From Candidatus Saccharimonadales bacterium (GTDB lineage Bacteria; Patescibacteriota; Saccharimonadia; Saccharimonadales; Saccharimonadaceae): a stretch of 64,000 nucleotides of DNA. A program made the position numbers and the translations under genes. Numbering within the stretch: position 1 is the stretch's first letter; every line of letters begins with the position of its first letter. The notes below the pieces were generated by a model. It was not told the origin of the DNA. It saw only the letters and a list, made by a program, of their open reading frames with translations, and made no database searches. Of this stretch, positions 61,944 through 64,000 are shown piece after piece. Location of the stretch: assembly GCA_038244885.1 (NCBI GenBank), contig JBBRTA010000002.1, positions 6,436 through 70,435 on the forward strand, read 5' to 3'.

Positions 61944-63002
61944 ATGATGGCAACACCAGAAATGATAGCAAAACCAGTTGATCAATCGGCGGTGATGCAG
62001 CCAATAGAAGGAAACGCTTACGGAAAAAACCTACTTTCCGTGCGGCAGCTTGACGATAAGGACATACTCACCTACATCAAAGAAGCCGAAGCCGCCGAGT
62101 CAGTACTACGGAACCCCTCGCAACGCGGCTTAGTGTTACTTCCCCATTTCGTCTTGAAAGCAGTCATGCGACAGCCATCAACCCGTACCGGTGGCAGCAT
62201 GACAACGGCTATGGAGAAGCTGGGTGGCTCGGCACAACTTATTAGCGGTATGGGTAGCTCGTCGGAGGCCAAAGGTGAATCATTGGCCGATTCATGGGCA
62301 GCTTTTGCGACCCAAGCGGATATTCTCGGCATTCGAACGGCCGAAGACAAGGGACCGACTTTTGCTGCCCACGCTATCGAGACAGCCCTAGAGCGCGGTG
62401 ACCTACTCAATATCGTACCGGTCATCAATTTAGGTGATGGTCGCAACGAACACCCTACCCAAGCACTTGGCGATATGTATACTATTTACAAAAAATTTGG
62501 TAGTTTTGAGGGCTTGACGGCCACGGTCGTGGGCGACCAGGAACGTTATCGCGCTCATCACTCCTTTATGATTGCGGCTGCAAAACTAGGCATGAAACTA
62601 GTGGCGGTTGAATCAGAAGCAGCGCCCGTACCTCAAGAACTAGTAGGAATGCTCGGCGACAATTTAACGCGAACCGACGATTTGAATGGGGCGATGCGCA
62701 ACGCTGACGTATTGTATTTAGGTCGTAATCCCGATGAGTACGCCGGCGAAGATCGAGCGGAAAAAGCACGGAGTGCACAGCTCACCCGCGACTACACTAC
62801 CTGGACAGTCGATTATGACAGAATACAACAAATGTCCCCTGACAGTATCGTCATGCACCCACGACCACGAAGAGACGAACTTCACCCCAGCGTGGACATC
62901 GACCCCAGAATGAAGGACGTAGAGCAAATGGCCAACATGATACCAATGCGCATGGCAATTATTGCCAGGCATCTTGGTAAATCTATTTTAGAATCACTAT
63001 AG
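61944..63002 (+). CDS. Aspartate carbamoyltransferase-like protein (transcarbamylase fold)
   Basis: STRTG (variant of STRTR), HPTQAL, GDQERYRAHHS, HPRPR, PMRMAI; about 35-aa N-terminal extension. Confidence 0.7.
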   Translation: MMATPEMIAKPVDQSAVMQPIEGNAYGKNLLSVRQLDDKDILTYIKEAEAAESVLRNPSQRGLVLLPHFVLKAVMRQPSTRTGGSMTTAMEKLGGSAQLISGMGSSSEAKGESLADSWAAFATQADILGIRTAEDKGPTFAAHAIETALERGDLLNIVPVINLGDGRNEHPTQALGDMYTIYKKFGSFEGLTATVVGDQERYRAHHSFMIAAAKLGMKLVAVESEAAPVPQELVGMLGDNLTRTDDLNGAMRNADVLYLGRNPDEYAGEDRAEKARSAQLTRDYTTWTVDYDRIQQMSPDSIVMHPRPRRDELHPSVDIDPRMKDVEQMANMIPMRMAIIARHLGKSILESL

Positions 63003-63023
63003 AATACCTGAATGATTGCAATA

Positions 63024-63099
63024 TGGTACCCCGGGTTGGAATCGAACCAACGACCTTAGGCTTAGAAGTCCTCTGCTCTATCCACTGAGCTACCGGGGC
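63024..63099 (-). tRNA. tRNA-Arg (anticodon TCT), CCA encoded
   Basis: Hand fold: acceptor GCCCCGG/CCGGGGT (G1-U72), D and T arms canonical (GTTGG-TTCGATT-CCAAC), anticodon loop CTTCTAA; anticodon stem GAGGA/GCCTA gives only 3 Watson-Crick pairs. Confidence 0.72.
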
Positions 63100-63119
63100 A
63101 TACCTTGAGTTATTATACC

Positions 63120-63500
63120 TTATTTTTGTTTAGCTTTGCCGATTGGGCCGAGGTGGGTGTGATTGAAGCTGGTTGAGTGTTTTAGTCCATAGCCAAGTGC
63201 GCGGTCGACGAAGATATGGAACAACCAGATGAGAGTTATAAACAGGACGCCTTGGTTGCTTGATCCAATGTAGACTGCAGCTAGGAGACTTGGTCCAATC
63301 AGGCTGTGTCCGATATTGTACAGGACAGCCCCTACCTTTGGATTAACCAGATAACCGACGGCGCTTATGTCAAAGACCAAAAAGAGAACGGGAAGCCAAT
63401 ACCAAGAAAATTCACCGACGACGATGTAGAACAAAGCGACTAAAATTGCGATAACTAAATATTCGAGACTAACGATTCGTTTTAGGATAGAGTTTTGCAT
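63120..63500 (-). CDS. DUF4260-like membrane protein
   Basis: Four TM segments; FDISAVGYL, YNIGHS, HIFVDRALGYGLK resemble DUF4260 as I remember it. Confidence 0.6.
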   Translation of the reverse strand: MQNSILKRIVSLEYLVIAILVALFYIVVGEFSWYWLPVLFLVFDISAVGYLVNPKVGAVLYNIGHSLIGPSLLAAVYIGSSNQGVLFITLIWLFHIFVDRALGYGLKHSTSFNHTHLGPIGKAKQK

Positions 63501-63584
63501 ATACTTAGTATTATACCCTATCTGTATTTGAGGTTAGTTAAAAATCCGCGGTATAATAGAAGTAGAAACATAAGGAGGATAGAT

Positions 63585-63995
63585 ATGTTAGATACAACCG
63601 ATTACGGCCCTGGGCCGTTTGTGGCGAACATCGAGGCCTCGACCCTCGACAACGAAAACTACCGAACTACTCTATGGACGGGACATAATCTTCAAGTGAC
63701 TTTGATGGCGATTCAACCGGGCCATGAAATTGGGCTTGAGGTTCACCAGGATCACGATCAATTCTTGCGCATAGAGGAAGGTCAAGCGACGGTTTATATG
63801 GGGCCCGCCCAGGATGAGCTTGAAACCTGGCAAGCCAGCAATGACGATGCGGTCATCGTTCCAGCTGGAACGTGGCATAACCTCGTTAACAGTGGCGACA
63901 TCCCGCTAAAAATTTATTCGATTTATGCCCCACCACAACACCCGCATGGGACCGTGCATCTCACCAAGGAGGCCGCGGACGCCGATGAGCTCTAA
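63585..63995 (+). CDS. Cupin-domain protein
   Basis: Cupin motifs GHEIGLEVHQDHDQFLRIEEG and PAGTWHNLVN; ATG 63585 preceded by TAAGGAGG. Confidence 0.7.
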   Translation: MLDTTDYGPGPFVANIEASTLDNENYRTTLWTGHNLQVTLMAIQPGHEIGLEVHQDHDQFLRIEEGQATVYMGPAQDELETWQASNDDAVIVPAGTWHNLVNSGDIPLKIYSIYAPPQHPHGTVHLTKEAADADEL

Positions 63996-64000
63996 CCTAT

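Overview
Dense, mostly housekeeping chromosomal window. It uses the standard genetic code, and G+C was about 40-52 % in the 60-nt lines I hand-counted. Gene content points to a reduced-genome, Gram-positive-type bacterium of the Patescibacteria/Saccharibacteria (TM7) kind, but this taxon call is an inference. The supporting content is many type IV pilins sharing one N-terminus, sortase plus LPXTG proteins, lower glycolysis only (tpiA-pgk-pyk), small orphan membrane proteins and many leaderless-looking starts. Recognisable genes include uvrA, sbcB, obg, mltG, ruvX, ftsA-like, alaS (short form), mnmA, a cysteine desulfurase, tatD, metG, rsmA, pcrA/uvrD, tpiA, pgk, pyk, folD, murB, glyA, an HTH-MurA fusion and a PyrB-like carbamoyltransferase. 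There are four tRNAs: Glu-TTC, Lys-CTT, Arg-TCG and Arg-TCT. I found no rRNA, CRISPR array, transposase, integrase or reverse transcriptase. The parts most worth a second look are these. (1) A tightly packed locus at 41.95-46.19 kb combines a multi-TM/GAF histidine kinase, a ThiF/E1-like adenylyltransferase translationally coupled to a LuxI/FeeM-fold N-acyltransferase, and a divergent stand-alone receiver; it lies between sortase-substrate genes and may be an acyl-amino-acid-type signal synthesis and sensing module. (2) A GC-rich two-gene island at about 38.0-40.13 kb has actinobacterial-style codon usage. It follows about 780 nt of non-coding DNA that holds a tRNA-Glu fragment duplication, an orphan promoter-terminator unit and strong inverted repeats. 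(3) Three tandem major-pilin paralogues share a 102-nt near-identical block while synonymous sites differ in other pilins, which suggests gene conversion or a recent duplication. (4) A roughly 165-nt multi-hairpin element at 50.65-50.81 kb has its own -10 box and terminator. (5) A promoter-leader-terminator attenuator sits in front of the orphan PyrB-like gene. (6) A long structured leader precedes a LysM-CHAP hydrolase gene. All functional assignments come from motifs I read in the translations. No database search or computation was run.
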